Source: Centroscyllium fabricii (taxonomy: Eukaryota). Taken from it: a DNA stretch of 64,000 bases. Below the pieces are notes generated by a model, which made no database searches, was not told the DNA's origin, and saw only the letters and a list, made by a program, of their open reading frames with translations. How positions within the stretch are numbered: position 1 is the stretch's first letter; each line of letters starts with the position of its first letter. Shown piece after piece: positions 49,301 to 62,153 of the stretch. Location of the stretch: contig JBNRSN020000019.1 of assembly GCA_051313645.2 (NCBI GenBank), positions 6,200,001 through 6,264,000 of the forward strand. Direction: 5' to 3'. Made by a program: the position numbers and the translations under genes.

Positions 49301-50901
49301 GAAAAAACACAGGAAATGAAACAGATTAAAAGGCCAGTTTGGGAGCTGGGAAATGGGGATGAAAGAACAAGAGAGAAGTGAAGAGACATTAAGAGGGATG
49401 AAATGTCGACTCTATTTCTCTCTCCATGGATGTTGCCTGGCCTGCTGAGTTTTTCCAGCATGGGTCCTAGCTATGCCTGCCTTTTCGTGGGATATGTGGA
49501 ACACTCTTTGTTCCAGTCCTACTCGGGTCCCCTCCCTCACCTCTTTTTCTGGTACATTGATGACTGTATCAGTGGCGTTTCCTGCTCTCGCCCTGAACTA
49601 GAGAATTTCATTCACTTTGCCTCCAATTTCCACCTTTCTCACCTTCACATGGCCCATCTCCGACTCTTCCCTTCTTTTCCTCGACTTCTCCATCTCCATG
49701 GATAGGTTATTGACCAACATTCACTGCAAGCCCACTCACTCCCACAGCTACCTGGTCTACAATTCCTCCCACGCACCTCCTGTAAGGACTCTATTCCATT
49801 CTTCCAGTTTCTCTGTCTCCGCCGCATCTGCTCCGACGATGCCACCTTCCGCACCAGTGCTTCCGACATGTCTTCCTTTTTCCTCAACCGATGATTCTCC
49901 TCTACTGTGGTTGACACGGCCCTCAACTGTGTCTGTTTTATCTTCCGCACTTCTGCTCTCACCCCTGCCCCTCCCTCCCGGAACCACAATAGGGTTCCCC
50001 TTGTCCTCACTTTTCACCCCACCAGCATCCACATTCAACGGATCATCCTCCGCCATTACCGCCACCTCCAATGTGATTCCATCACCAAACACATCTTCCC
50101 CTCCCCTCCCCTTTCAGCACTCCGTAGGGAGTGCTCCCTCCGAGACATCCTAGTACACTCCTCTATCACCCCCAACACCCCTTCCCCTTCGCCCGGCACC
50201 TTCCTCTGCAAGCACAGGAGATACAACACCTGCCCTTATACCCCCACCCCCCTTCCCACTGTCCAGGGCCCCAAACACTCCTTTCAGGTGAAACAGCGAT
50301 TTACTTGTACTTCTTGCAATCTGGTATCCTGTATTCGCTGCTCACAGTGTGGTCTCCTCTACATTGGGGAGCCCAAACGCAGATTGGGTGACGGCTTGGC
50401 AGAACACCTCCATTCAGTCTGTAAGGGTGACCCCGAGCATCCGGTCACCTGTCATTTTAATTCACCGCCCCATTCCCACTCAGACCGCACTGTCCTCGGG
50501 CTCTTGCATTGTTCCACGGAAACCCAGCGTAAGCTCGAGAAACAGCACCTCATCTTCCAATTAGGCACTTTACAGCCTTCCGGACTCAATATCGAGTTCA
50601 ACAATTTCAGATCATAACCTCGGCCCCCATTATATTTTAACATATTTTTTATCCACACCTTTGTTTTGTGCCCTTCCCCCTTTTTCTCTCCCACAAGGCA
50701 GCTGTCTCTCATTCTGCCAACGCATTTCACACCTAATCTAGCGCCGTCTTTTGTCTCTTTACTCGTCCTATCACCATCTTGTCCCGTTTTGTATACCTCT
50801 TAATGTCTCTTCACTTCTCTTAATTTCTCTTTTGTTCTTTCATCCCCATTTCCCAGCCCCCAAACTGGCCTTTTAATCGGTTTCATTTCCTGTGTTTTTT
50901 C

Positions 50902-50937
50902 AGTCCTGACGAAGGGTTTCGACCCGAAACGTTGACT
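50902..50937 (+). ncRNA. Minimal type I hammerhead ribozyme
   Basis: AGTC-CTGACGA-A-GGGT(TTCG)ACCC-GAAA-CGTT-GACT; palindromic AACGTT stem III. Confidence 0.87.
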
Positions 50938-51105
50938 CTATTTCTCTCTCCACGGATGTTGCCTGGCCTGCTGAGTTTTTCCAGCATTTTCTGTTGTTAT
51001 TTTGCTAGTACAGGTACTCACTTTCACACATTGCTCAACTTTTACATTGTTAGAACCAGTATATGAAACATTGCAGAAGGCTTCACCAGGGGTTCAGCTG
51101 ATTAG

Positions 51106-51497
51106 GGCGGCACGGTGGCATAGTGGTTAGCACTGTTGTCTCACAGCTCTGGAGACCCGGGTTCAAATCCGAGCTCGGGTACTATCTGTGTGGAGTTTGC
51201 ACATTCTCCCCGTGTCTGCGTGGGTTTCCTCCGGGTGCTCCGGTTTCCTCCCACAGTCCAAAGATGTGCGGGTTAGGTTGATTGGCCAGGATAAATTGAC
51301 CCTTAGTGTTAGGGGGATTGAATATGTGGGGTTACGGGGATAGGGTGGGATATGTGTCGGTGCAGGCTCCATGGGGATCGAGGGATATGGGGAGAGGGTA
51401 CTGGGTTTGGATGATCAGCCATGATCTCGTTGAATGGCGGAGCAGGCTCAAAGGGCCAAATGGCCTACTCCAGCTCCTATCTTCTATGTTTCTATGT
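51106..51497 (+). mobile_element. Full-length V-SINE (HE1-like)
   Basis: Same head, V-domain and tail as the 27638 copy. Confidence 0.92.
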
Positions 51498-51584
51498 TAA
51501 GGCAGTTAGCAACTGGGCCATTCAGGCCAGGAAGTTTCTTACGAATGTGGCTTTGATGACTGCTGTATTAGTTCATCTGTTGCA

Positions 51585-52900
51585 CAGCATTTACAGCGCA
51601 GAAACAGGCCATTCGGCCCAACTGGTCCGTGCCTGTGTTTCTGCTCCACACGAGCCTCCTCTCACTCTACTTCATCTAAACCCTATCAGCGGATCTTTCT
51701 ATTCCTTTCTGCCTCTCATGTGTTTATCTCACCTCCCTTTAAATGCATCTACATCGAAACATAGAAACATAGATGATAGGAGCAGGAGTCGGCCATTCGG
51801 CCCTTCGAGCCTGCTCCGCCATTCAATGAGATCATGGCTGATCCTTCAGTTCAGTATCCCGTCTATGCTATTCGCCTCAACCACTCCACGCGGTAGCGAC
51901 TTCCACTTTCTCACCACGCTCTCGGGTCAAGAGGTTGCTCCAGAATCCCTTATTGGATTATGACCCGTAGTTCTGGACTCCCCCACCAGTGGAAACATCT
52001 TCTATACGTCTACCCTATCAAACTCCTTCATAATTTTAAATACCTCCAGCCTTTTCTGGAGAAAAGAGTCCCAGCCTGTTCAGTCTTACCTGATAGTTAT
52101 AACATAGAAACATAGAAACATGGAAAATAGGTCAGGAGTAGACCATTCGGTCCTTTGAGCCTGCACCGCCATTTAATGCGTTCATGGCTGAACATGCTAC
52201 CTCAGTACCCCATTCCTGCTTTCTCTCCATACCCCTTGATCCCCCTAGTTGTGAGTATTATATCTAACTCCCTTTTGAATATATTTAGCGAACTGGCCTC
52301 AACAACCTTCTGTGGCAGAGAATTCCACAGATTCACCACTCTCTGGGTGAAGAAGTTCCTCCTCATCTCAGTCTTAAATGGCCTCCCCTTTATCCTTAGA
52401 CTGTGACCCTGCGGGTTAGGTTGATTGGCTATGATAAATTGACCCTTAGTGTTGGGGGGATTAAATATGTGGGGGTTACGGGGATAGGGTGGGATATGTG
52501 ATAGTTCTTAGAATTGGGGGGTGTCGGGGGATGCTGGGTTTGGATGATCAGCCATGATCTCATTGAATGGCGGAGCAGGCTCGAAGGGCCGAATGGCCTA
52601 CTCCTGCTCCTATCTTCTATGTTTCTGTGTGTGTGTTTCCCTAATATTGGAAACATTCTGCCCGCATCTAACTTGTCTAAACCAGTCAGGATAACCTCTC
52701 AGTTCTGGTATTAGCCTTGTAAATTTTTTATGCACCTTCTCAGTGCCTCTATATCCCTTTTGTAATATGGAGACCAGAACTGTGTACAGTACTAAGTGTG
52801 GTCTAGCCAAGGTTCTGTGCAAGTTTAACATAACTTCTTTGCTTTTGAATTCTATTCCCCCAGAAATGAACCCTAGTACTTTGCATTTTTTGTGGCTAAT
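51585..52900 (-). mobile_element. Cluster of nested CR1 3' fragments plus a SINE 3' half (about 52409-52632, + strand)
   Basis: Repeated CR1 tails (CATAGAAA)n and the RT-end peptide LARPHL. Confidence 0.75.
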
Positions 52901-53047
52901 TAGATTAGATCAGTATCACAATACCCGCTCTCAGATCGATGTCTAACTTTATATTCTGATGTAGAGGTGCCAGTGTTGGACTGGGGTGAACAACTGTAAG
53001 AAGTCACACACAACACCAGGTTATAGTCCAACAGTTTTATTTGAAAT

Positions 53048-53082
53048 CACAAGCTTTCGGAGCGCAGCTCCTTCATCAGGTG
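53048..53082 (-). ncRNA. Minimal hammerhead ribozyme of a second Penelope family
   Basis: CAC-CTGATGA-A-GGAGC(TGC)GCTCC-GAAA-GCTT-GTG. Confidence 0.85.
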
Positions 53083-55607
53083 TAAGTAAAAGAGATTCAT
53101 TTAAACACAGCATATATAAAAGGAGAGAGCAATGTAATCTTTCCAACTGTCCTACATCACACCGCAGCAGAGAGACATTCATAGGAATCAAAGGTGTGAA
53201 TGGTGTTTTAACAGATCAGTCAGGCACCACCCTGAGATCAATGCGGTGCAGTCACAAAGGGTCAAATGTTGCAGTCTGGTGTCTGTGTGAAAACCCACAC
53301 AGAATGATTTAAAAAACAAAGATTTTTCTTGCTGTTAAAACACCATTCACACCTTTGATTCCAATGAATGTCTCTCTGCTGAGGTGTGATGTAGGACAGT
53401 TGGAAACTTTATGTTGTGCTCCACCTCGCCATACAGCTGGGAAGTACTGCTTTGCCGTTGCTGTTCTGTGACCACTCCCAAACACAGTGCACGAGAATGG
53501 TCCCTTGCCCCACAGATTTTCTCTCCCTCGCTATTAAGAAGCCGGTTAGTCTCTGTTGAATTCTTAAATATGTCACATAATAAATTACTTGAGTTCATAC
53601 AATGCTACGCACAATTAATTCATGGTGCCCATTACCTGGACCTCGAGACCATTTCCAACAGAAATAGGTCACTCGAAAGAAGCATTTAATAAAATGGAAC
53701 TTTCCTGCCTCTAAAACCTCTAATCTTTAGGCAGGCTGCTGCCGATTACAGGGACCTACTGGAAACAAAAAGCTAAAATGATGTTTCCCAGCCTCCCTCA
53801 CAAATATCCCACCAAACTATGTGACCAGGTGATAATCACTAGAGAGACTGACAATATTCATTCAAAGATCCTGAATAATTACGTGGATGGGTTCAGGAAG
53901 GACAGATGGATTTTAATTTGGAGATATAAATGTAAAGCTATGAATATTGGAAGATAACATAAAACATACATATGAAGAAGGGATGTCCATTAGCAAAGGT
54001 GGAAAAGCAAAATGATTTAGGTATGATTAGTAATAATTCACTGAAAATATACAGTCAATGTAAAGACTAATCATGTAATGGCATCCCTCTGAAAGGATTC
54101 TGACTGAGTCAAAACAACTTATTCTAACCTCACACAAATTATTGGTGGAACCACATTTGGAAAACGTGCAACCTGTATTTTTTGACATCTCCGTGGCGCA
54201 TTTACTGTAGATTAAGGCCTCTTTTTGAAGTCCTCAATAACTCTGAAATGCAGTCAAATGCAAATTTGTTTTGTAAAACTTTCACATTGTGTACTGTGTA
54301 ATGCAGCAACTAAATTCAGCCTGCCTGTTTTATTTTGCACTATATTCCACCTATACATTATGGTCAGGGTCCAGACAACAGGGTGGAGTTGGGGCCTGAG
54401 TGCTCGATCCAACTCCGGGACTAAGCATGACTCTTCAGTGAGTTGTCTGCAGCAATGACCCACTCTAGATTGTTTGCTCATGGTAAATTGTGTGACGAGC
54501 CCTGTTGTCCCTGACCTTATTCAATATAAAAACAATGACAAAACATTTGGTTTAGTTTTCCTATTATATACTACCTAAAAATTGGATGATAATTCAGAGG
54601 CCAAAGATGTAACAAAATGCAGAATGCATTTAGTGCGAGAAATGTCAATTTTTCTATCAAGATTCTGCATAGAGCAACCAGTCTGACGGTTGATGTGTGA
54701 CGGACCATCAATAAGGCCAAAGACGAAGAGTTAACCTTAACTAAGCGGCTTTTATTCACTAAAGAATGGAGCGTGTCTCGGCTGAGGACCGTGGTGTACT
54801 GACCAGAGGTGGGTGAGCAAGCACCTATATACCTGAGTCTGGAGGAGGAGTCAGGGGCGGGATCAGCTCCTGCATGTATCAGTATACAGGTATTTACAGG
54901 CAGCAGTAAGGTATTTACACGGGCAGCAGTAAGGTATTTACAGACAGCAGTACAACAGTGGTATGTCATTAGTAATAATTCTGCAGAATGAGTCCGGCGG
55001 GGTGAATGCTTGTCCGAGTCCGCTATCAGAATTGTGTAATCAGTCTCTCCGGTGGTTTCGCCTGTCGGAGGGACCATCAAGGCGCCGGTTGCGGTGGTTC
55101 AGGCAGAGGGGCCCGGGGCGTGTTGTCAGCCACGGGTGCTGGCGGCATGGCATCATCCCCCCAGCTGCTGGCTGGCGGTGTCAAGGGCCCCGGTGTGTTG
55201 CGTGTGTGGGTGGGCCAGGGTGTCTTGTGGCGGATGGGTGGCGGTTGGCAGAGCCGGGGCTCGGCGTCCGTGGCACCGGCGGGCGCCAGGTCCCTTATCG
55301 AGACCGTGTCCTCACGCCCGTCCGGGTATGCCACATACGCGTACTGCGGGTTGGCGTGGAGCAGGTGCACCCATTCCACCAGGGGGTCCATCTTGTGGCC
55401 ACGGACATGTCTCCTAAGCAAAACGGGCCCCGGGTTGGACAGCCACAGCGGGAGCGCTGTCCCCAAAGTCAACCTCCTGGAGAACGAAAACAGTTTGTCG
55501 TGAGGCATGGCATTAGTGGTGGTACACAAGAGGGAACAGATGGAGTGTAGCGCATCGGGGAGGACCTCCTGCCAACGGGAGACCGGAAGGCTTCTGGATT
55601 TGAGGGC

Positions 55608-55844
55608 TGATGTATCGTCAATTAATACACAAAGACGAGTAGTTACCTAAACTACAGGCTTTTATTAACTAAGAATGGAGCTGGTCTCCTGATGAGGTCA
55701 AGGTGAAGAATGAGCGGGGGCAGGGCAGCACTCACCTATATACTCCGACCTGAGGGGAGGAGTTAGGGGTGTGGCTGACCTGGCCTGCAATACAGTACAG
55801 GTGAACCAGCAACTATTTACAGTGGTTATTACACGATTACCACA
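55608..55844 (-). mobile_element. Solo LTR of a sister family nested in the integrase region
   Basis: Minus strand TGTGGTAATC...ACATCA; TSD AGGGC (55603-55607, 55845-55849); integrase codons rejoin across it. Confidence 0.93.
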
Positions 55845-58148
55845 AGGGCCAAGGTGACGGCCTTCCAGATCGTCCCGTTCTCTCTCTCTACCTGGCCGTT
55901 CGCCCGGGGTTATAACTGGTCATTCTGCTCAAGGCAATCCCCTTCTGGAGCAGAAACTGATGCAGTTCGTCGCTCATGAATGTTGACCCCCGGTCGCTGT
56001 GGATGCAGCTGGGGAGACTGAAGATCGCGAAGAGCGTGGTGAAGTGTTTGATCACCGTCGCGCTCATCATGTCTGGGCAGGGGAAGGCAAAGGGGAATCG
56101 GGAGAACTCATCAATGACCGTGAGGAAGTGCGAGTTGCGGTCAGTGGAGGGGAGAGGACCTCTGAAGTCCACACTCAGGCGCTCGAAGGGGCGGGTGGCC
56201 TTGATGAGGTGCCCCCTGTCTGGCCTGTAAAATTGGGGTTTGCACTCGGCACAGACAGGGCACTCTTTGGTCATGGCATTAATCTCCGCAATGGAGTAGG
56301 GGAGGTTGCGGGACTTGACGAAGTGAGCGAGCCTGGTGACACCAGAGTGGCAGAGGTCATCGTGGAGGGCCTGCTGTCTGTTGAGCTGGGCACTGGCACA
56401 CGTTCCCCGGGACAGGGCGTCCGGAGGCTCGTTGAGCTTACCGGGCCGGTAAATAATGTGGTACTCGTAGGTCGAGAGTTCGATCCGCCACCTGAGGATC
56501 TTATCATTCTTGATTTTACCCCGTTGTTTGTTGTTAAACATAAACGCCACGGACCGTTGGTCCGTGAGCAGGGTAAATTTCTTACCGGCCATGTAGTGGT
56601 GCCAGTAGCGCACTGCCTCCACAATAGCTTGGGCCTCCTTCTCTACCGAGGAGTGGCGAACTTCGGGCCCCTGTAGGATTCGGGAATAGAAAGTGACAGG
56701 CCTGCCCGCCTGGTTGAGAGTGGCGGCCAGGGCGAAGTCCGATGCGTCGCTCTCGACTTGAAAGGGAATTGACTTATCAATGGCGTGCATGGTTGCCTTG
56801 ATGACGTCTTGTTTAATCCGGGTGAAGGCCGCCTGGGCTTCTACCAGGAGTTGGAAAACGGTAGCTTTGAGGAGAGGCCGGGCACCCATTGAGCGTAATA
56901 GGAGAAAAAACCCAGGCATCTCTTCAAAGCTTTGAGATTGTGGGGTAGGGGCAGCTCCTGCAGGGGGCGCATATGATCAGGATCAGTGCCGAGGACCCCG
57001 TTCTCCACCACGTAGCCGAGGATGGCGAGGTGGGTCGTGCTAAAGGTACATTTGTCCTCATTATACGTGAGGTTTAGACGCCGGGCCGTACGGCAAAATT
57101 TGTCGAAGTTAGCGTCATGGTCCTGCTGGTCATGGCCGCAGATGGTGACGTTGTCTAAGTAGGGGAAGGTGGTCTGCAACTTGTTCTGGTCAATCATTTG
57201 GTCCATGTCCCACTGGAAGACTGACACTCCATTAGCAACACCGAAGGGGATCCGGAGGAAGTGGTAGAGGCGCCCGTTCGCCTCGAAGGCGGTGTACCGG
57301 CGATCCGCAGCCCGAATGGGGAGCTGGTGGTACGCCGACTTAAGGTCGATGGTGGAAAAGACCTTGTACTGGGCAATCTGGTTGACCATGTCTGTGATAC
57401 GGGGAAGGGGGTATGCGTCGAGCCCGGTGTAGCGGTTAATGGTCTGGCTGTAGTCTATGACCATGCGCAGCTTTTCACCAGTCTTAACCACGACGACTTG
57501 GGCCTGCCAAGGGCTGTTACTGGCCTCAATGATCCCTTCCCGTAGCAGTCGCTCAACCTCTGTCCTGATAAATGCCTGGTCCCCTGCACTGTATCGCCGA
57601 CACTTGGTTGCAATGGGTTTGTAGTTGGGGTTGAGGTTGGTGAACAGCGAACAGTGAGGGGGGTCAACTTTTAGCGTGGACAGGCCGCAGGTCGAACGCT
57701 GTGGTAGGCTGGGGTCATCCCGGCTACTGACCATGAGGGGGGACAGAGGCCCACTCTGCAGGTTGCACTGGAAATCCAGTCCCAGTAACACCGGTGCGCA
57801 GAGCTGCGGGAGGATGTACAATTTAAAATTGCGGTACGTTGACCCCTTAACGGTGAGCATGACCGTGCAGTAGCCGGTGATGTCCACAGTGTGGGACTTG
57901 AAGGCCAGGGAGATTTGGTAGCACGTGGGTCTGACCGTCAGTGCGTAGCACCGCACCGTGTTGGGGTGTATAAAATTCTCCATACTCCCGGTATCAACCA
58001 GGCAGTTTGTGACGTGCCCCTCGACCTTGATTTCCATCATGGAATTAGTCAAGGGGTGTGGCCTGGACTAGTCGACAGTGGCTGAGGCTAGTGTTGTGGG
58101 TGTGCTGGGGCCCTCAGATGGCTGGGGTCATCTCCGGGGTGAGTGGCA

Positions 58149-58590
58149 AGATGGCAGCACTGGAGATGGCGGTGCCCGTGATTCGCACGCGGCTGGCCGC
58201 TGCCGACGCGAAGATGGCGTTGCCCGTGATTTGCATGCGGCTGGCCGCAACTGTATTAAAGATGGCGGCACCTGTGATTCACACACGGCTGATCGCGACT
58301 GTATTAAAGATGGCAGCACCCGTGATTCGCACGCGGCTGGCCGTGACTGTATTAAAGATGGCGACACCCGTGATTTGCACGTGGCTGGCCGCAACTGTAT
58401 TAAAGATGGCGGCACCTGTGATTCAGACGCGGCTGATCGCGACTGTATTAAAGATGGCAGCACCCGTGATTCGCACACGGCTGGCCGTGACTGTATTAAA
58501 GATGGCGGCACCCATGATTTGCACGTGGCTGGCCGCAACTGTATTAAAGATGGCGGCGCCCGTGATTCGCACGCGGCTGGCCGCTGCCGG
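58149..58590. repeat. 48-bp in-frame minisatellite (about 8 copies plus partials) between gag and protease
   Basis: Unit AAGATGGCGGCACCCGTGATTCGCACGCGGCTGGCCGCAACTGTATTA; encodes 16-aa repeats such as PAACESRAPPSLIQLR. Confidence 0.95.
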
Positions 58591-60081
58591 GTCACGCTGC
58601 AGCACCGTACCTGTGGCCACGGAGTGGCTTCACTCGATTCGCAGGCCGTGCTGTTGGGTCTGGAGGCCGGGCCAGATTTACAGACTTTCGCGAAGTGGCC
58701 CTTCCTCCCGCACTTAGCGCAGGTTGCGCTCCTCGCGGGGCACAGCTGTCGCTGGTGTTTCGCCTGGCCGCAGAAGTAGCATTTGGGGCCTGCTGGAGTC
58801 TTCGCGGGGTCGCAGCAGCCGCTGCCGTTGTTGGGGCCTGCGCTGGGAGCAGCGTTTGTGATGCCCAGGGGTTAGATAGGCCCGCATGGGGGTTACCCGC
58901 CGAGTTGGAGTCCATGCTCCGGAGGGCCCCGCTGACCGCATTGGACAGCGAGCCGGCGGAGTCGAGGGAGAGTTTGTCCTGCTCCAGCAGCCACTGGCGG
59001 GCCTGGCCGGACTTGAGCCCCGCCACATACGCATCTCGGACCAGGTAATCTGTGTGCTCTTCGGCAGTCACCGCGACGCAGTCGCAGGCCCATACGAGGG
59101 TCTGGAGCGCCCGGAGGAACTCTGCGTTCGAATCACCCGGCGGTTGCCTTCTGGTAGCCAGTGGGTGTCTGGCGTACACCGAGTTGACCGGGCGTAAGTA
59201 ATGACCCTTCAGCTTTCCGACGGCGTCTTTGTACGTTTTGGTGTCTCGGATGAGTGAGTACACCCGGCCGCTGACTCTGGAGACCAGCACTTTGCGTTTA
59301 TCGGCATCACCGACCTTCGCGGCCTCCAGGTAAACTTCGAAGCAGTTGAGTCAGTGCTCAAAGTCATTCGGTGCCTGGGGATCGAGGTCTAGGCGTTCTG
59401 GTTTCAGTACGTTCTCCATTGTCGAAAAATTTAGTGAATAAAATTGATGTACCGTCAATAAGGCGAAAGACGAAGAGTTAACCTTAACTAAGCGGCTTTT
59501 ATTCACTAAAGAATGGAGAGTGTCTCGGCTGAGCTCCGTGGTGTACTGACCAGAGGTGGGTGAGCAAGCACCTATATACCTGAGTCCGGAGGAGGAGTCA
59601 GGGGCGGGGTCAGCTGGGGCAAGCTCCTGCATGTAAGCAGTAAGGTATTTACATACAGCAGTACAACAGCGGTATGTCATTAGTAATAACGGTTTACCAC
59701 AATGTGATAAGTCAGCTTGCACTTATTACGTACAACCTGCTTTCAAAAACACATTGAGACACTTGCTGGGAATTTCCTCGGAGCTGCTTCCACTCCGCCG
59801 CTGTAACTTTTTCACTGCAACTGCAAGAGAATTCCAGGTCATAAAAAAAGAGTTCCAGGAAGAGAAACGAGTAATCCACAATCTTAGGAAAAAGACTGAA
59901 AAGACACGATCCAGGTACATGAAATGCCAACAAAAGTAGATAGTAATAGGTAGCTTAATTTAGAGCGTGCAACCACAGAACTAGCGTATGAACACGCCTC
60001 CAGGAAGACTAGAGATTAAAAACAATTTCATAATGGGGCAGATGTGGAATAGACTCCCAGCTAAGACAATTAATGCTAATT

Positions 60082-61265
60082 AACAACTTGCATTCATATA
60101 GCACCTTTAACATAGTAAAACGTCCCAAGGAGCTTTGTAGGAGCGTTAACAAAATTTGATTCCGAGCCACATATGGAGATATTAGGACAGATGATCAAAA
60201 GCTTGGTCAAGAGGTAGGTTTTAAGGAGCATCTTAAAGGAGGAGAGAGGTGTTTAGGGAAGGAATTCCAGAGTTTAGGGCTGAGGCAGCTGAAAGCACGG
60301 CTACCAATGGTGGAGCAATTAAAATCGGGGATGCGCAAGAGGCCAGAATTGGAGGACCACAGAGATCTCAGAGGGTTGTGGGACTTTTTTTTTTAACCCA
60401 TTGATAGGATGTGGGCGTCGCTGGCTGGCTAGGCCTGCATTTAGAGCCCATCCCTAATTGCCCTAGAGAAGATGGTGGTGAGCTGCCTTCTTGAACCACT
60501 GCAGTCCATATGGTGTAGGTACGCCCACAATGTTGTTAGGAAGGAAGTTCCAGGATTTTGGCCCAACGACAGTGAAGGAGCGGCAATACAGGTCCAAGTC
60601 AGGATGGTGTGTGGCTTGGAGGGGAACTTGTAGGTGGTGCTGTTCCCATGCGTCTGCTGCCCTTGTCCTTCTAAGTGGTAGAGGTCGCGAGTTTGGAAGG
60701 TGCTGTTGAAGGAGCTTTGGCGAGTTGCTGCAGTGCATCTTGTAGATGGTACACACTGCAGCCACAGTGCGCCGGTGGTGGAGCGAGTGAATGTTGAAGG
60801 TGGTGGATGGGGTGCCTATCAAGCGGCCTGCTTTGTCCTGGATGGTGTTGAGCTTCTTGAGTGTTGTTGGAGCTGCACTCATCCAGGCAAGTGGAGAGTA
60901 TTCCATCACACTCCTGACTTGTGCCTTGTCGATGGTGGAAAGGCTTTGGGGAGTCAGGAGGTGAGACACTCGCCGCAGAATTCCCAGCCTCTGGCCTGCT
61001 CTTGTAGCTGGAGGAGATTGCAGAGATAGGGAGGAGCAAGGCCATGGAGAATTTGAAAACAAGGATGAGAATTTTAAAATCGAGTTGCCAGACCGGGAAC
61101 CAAGGTCTACGAGCACAGGTGTGATGGGTGAATGTGATTTAGCGCGCGTTAGGATACGGGCAGCAAAGTTCCAGATGAGCTCACGTTGACGGAGGGTGGA
61201 AGATGGGAGGCCGGCCAGGAGAGCTTCAGAATAGTCAAGTCTAGAGGTAACAAAGGCCTGGGGTT
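60082..61265 (-). mobile_element. L2-like 3' end interrupted by another LINE 3' end (about 60385-61005)
   Basis: Inner piece encodes QRLGILRRVSHLL..KAQVRSVMEYSPLAW..LNTIQDKA; the outer piece has the AACAACTTGCATT tail, also seen at about 35750. Confidence 0.75.
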
Positions 61266-61891
61266 AAGGTTTCACATTAACTCCTTTAAAAGAGCTGGTT
61301 TGGGGCAGCGATAGAAATGCTACCATTAGCCTCAGCACCTCTCACTCATGATTAGGGTGTCCAGGCCTCATTAATATTCTGCAACTCTGACAAGTGTGTC
61401 AACACGAGGTAGGAACAGGAGCAGGCTCAGATGTAAGTGCTCCCGCAGTCAAGTAGCCTGAGGGAGCACTCTAGGCTCACTTGGGCAATGCAGCACAGCA
61501 TGAATCTTAGCTGTAGCTCTGTATCAAATAAAGGAATCAATGCCTCCAGGAGAGGGGTTGAACAGGGTGACAAAGACCACCAGGAAAGGGCGCAGAAAAA
61601 ATACATTTCACAGGTTTTGTAAATGTTACACAATTGAAAAATGTGCTTATTTGTAAAACTGAAAAGGTCTCTCAATCTTAGCCCTCCATTCACACATGTC
61701 ATACGAGCTAGAACAAACACTACAGAACTCTTAGCTCAGATGCGTTTTGGGTTGGAGACTGCCATCTACCAGTTTCTTTCTAAACTCTTGGAGATAGAAT
61801 TTTACTGATCTGCTAGAGAACCAGTGCCTTAAAAAATAAATTGCAAAAAGTCACACAACACCAGGTTATAGTCCAACAGTTTTATTTTAAA

Positions 61892-61929
61892 TCACAAGCT
61901 TTCGGAGCTTCTGCCCCTTCCTCAGGTGA
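61892..61929 (-). ncRNA. Minimal hammerhead ribozyme in a short Penelope tail
   Basis: TCAC-CTGAGGA-A-GGGGC(AGAA)GCTCC-GAAA-GCTT-GTGA. Confidence 0.8.
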
Positions 61930-62153
61930 AAGAATAAAAATAAAGTTAGTGAAATGGTTGTAAACAAAGCCAATGTCGTATGCGAGCCCTAGTCCTGAAT
62001 CTTTAAACCTACAAAGATTTAATGGCCATCAATTCTTCGGCACAAATAATGAAAAGATTCAAGTTAAAATAAAAACTAATGAACACATACATTTTTTTAA
62101 TTGGCAGCATATTTATTGCTTCAAGCACACAACAGTTGTTAGGTCAGTTAGTA

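Larger units (their letters stand above)
49168..51005 (+). mobile_element. 5'-truncated Penelope-like element: inverted pLTR, RT C-terminus, GIY-YIG endonuclease, pLTR
   Basis: MGPSYACLFVG..WYIDD..FLD (RT); CIRCSQCGLLYIGE..RRL..EH..E..LI..LGTLQPSGLN (GIY-YIG); 49168-49400 is the reverse complement of the 3' repeat; frameshifted. Confidence 0.95.
54698..59701 (-). mobile_element. Decayed full-length Gypsy element related to 2222-6734
   Basis: LTRs at 59445-59701 and 54698 to about 54978 (inner end and PPT deleted); TSD ATGTG (54693-54697, 59702-59706); gag, protease (LVDTGS), RT (FPYLDN), RNase H and integrase remain, with stops and frameshifts. Confidence 0.95.

Noticed and set aside
58149-58590. 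Regular repeats here and at 39347 and 62358 that could be taken for CRISPR arrays
   Set aside because: Head-to-tail units with no unique spacers, no cas genes, and a eukaryotic context.
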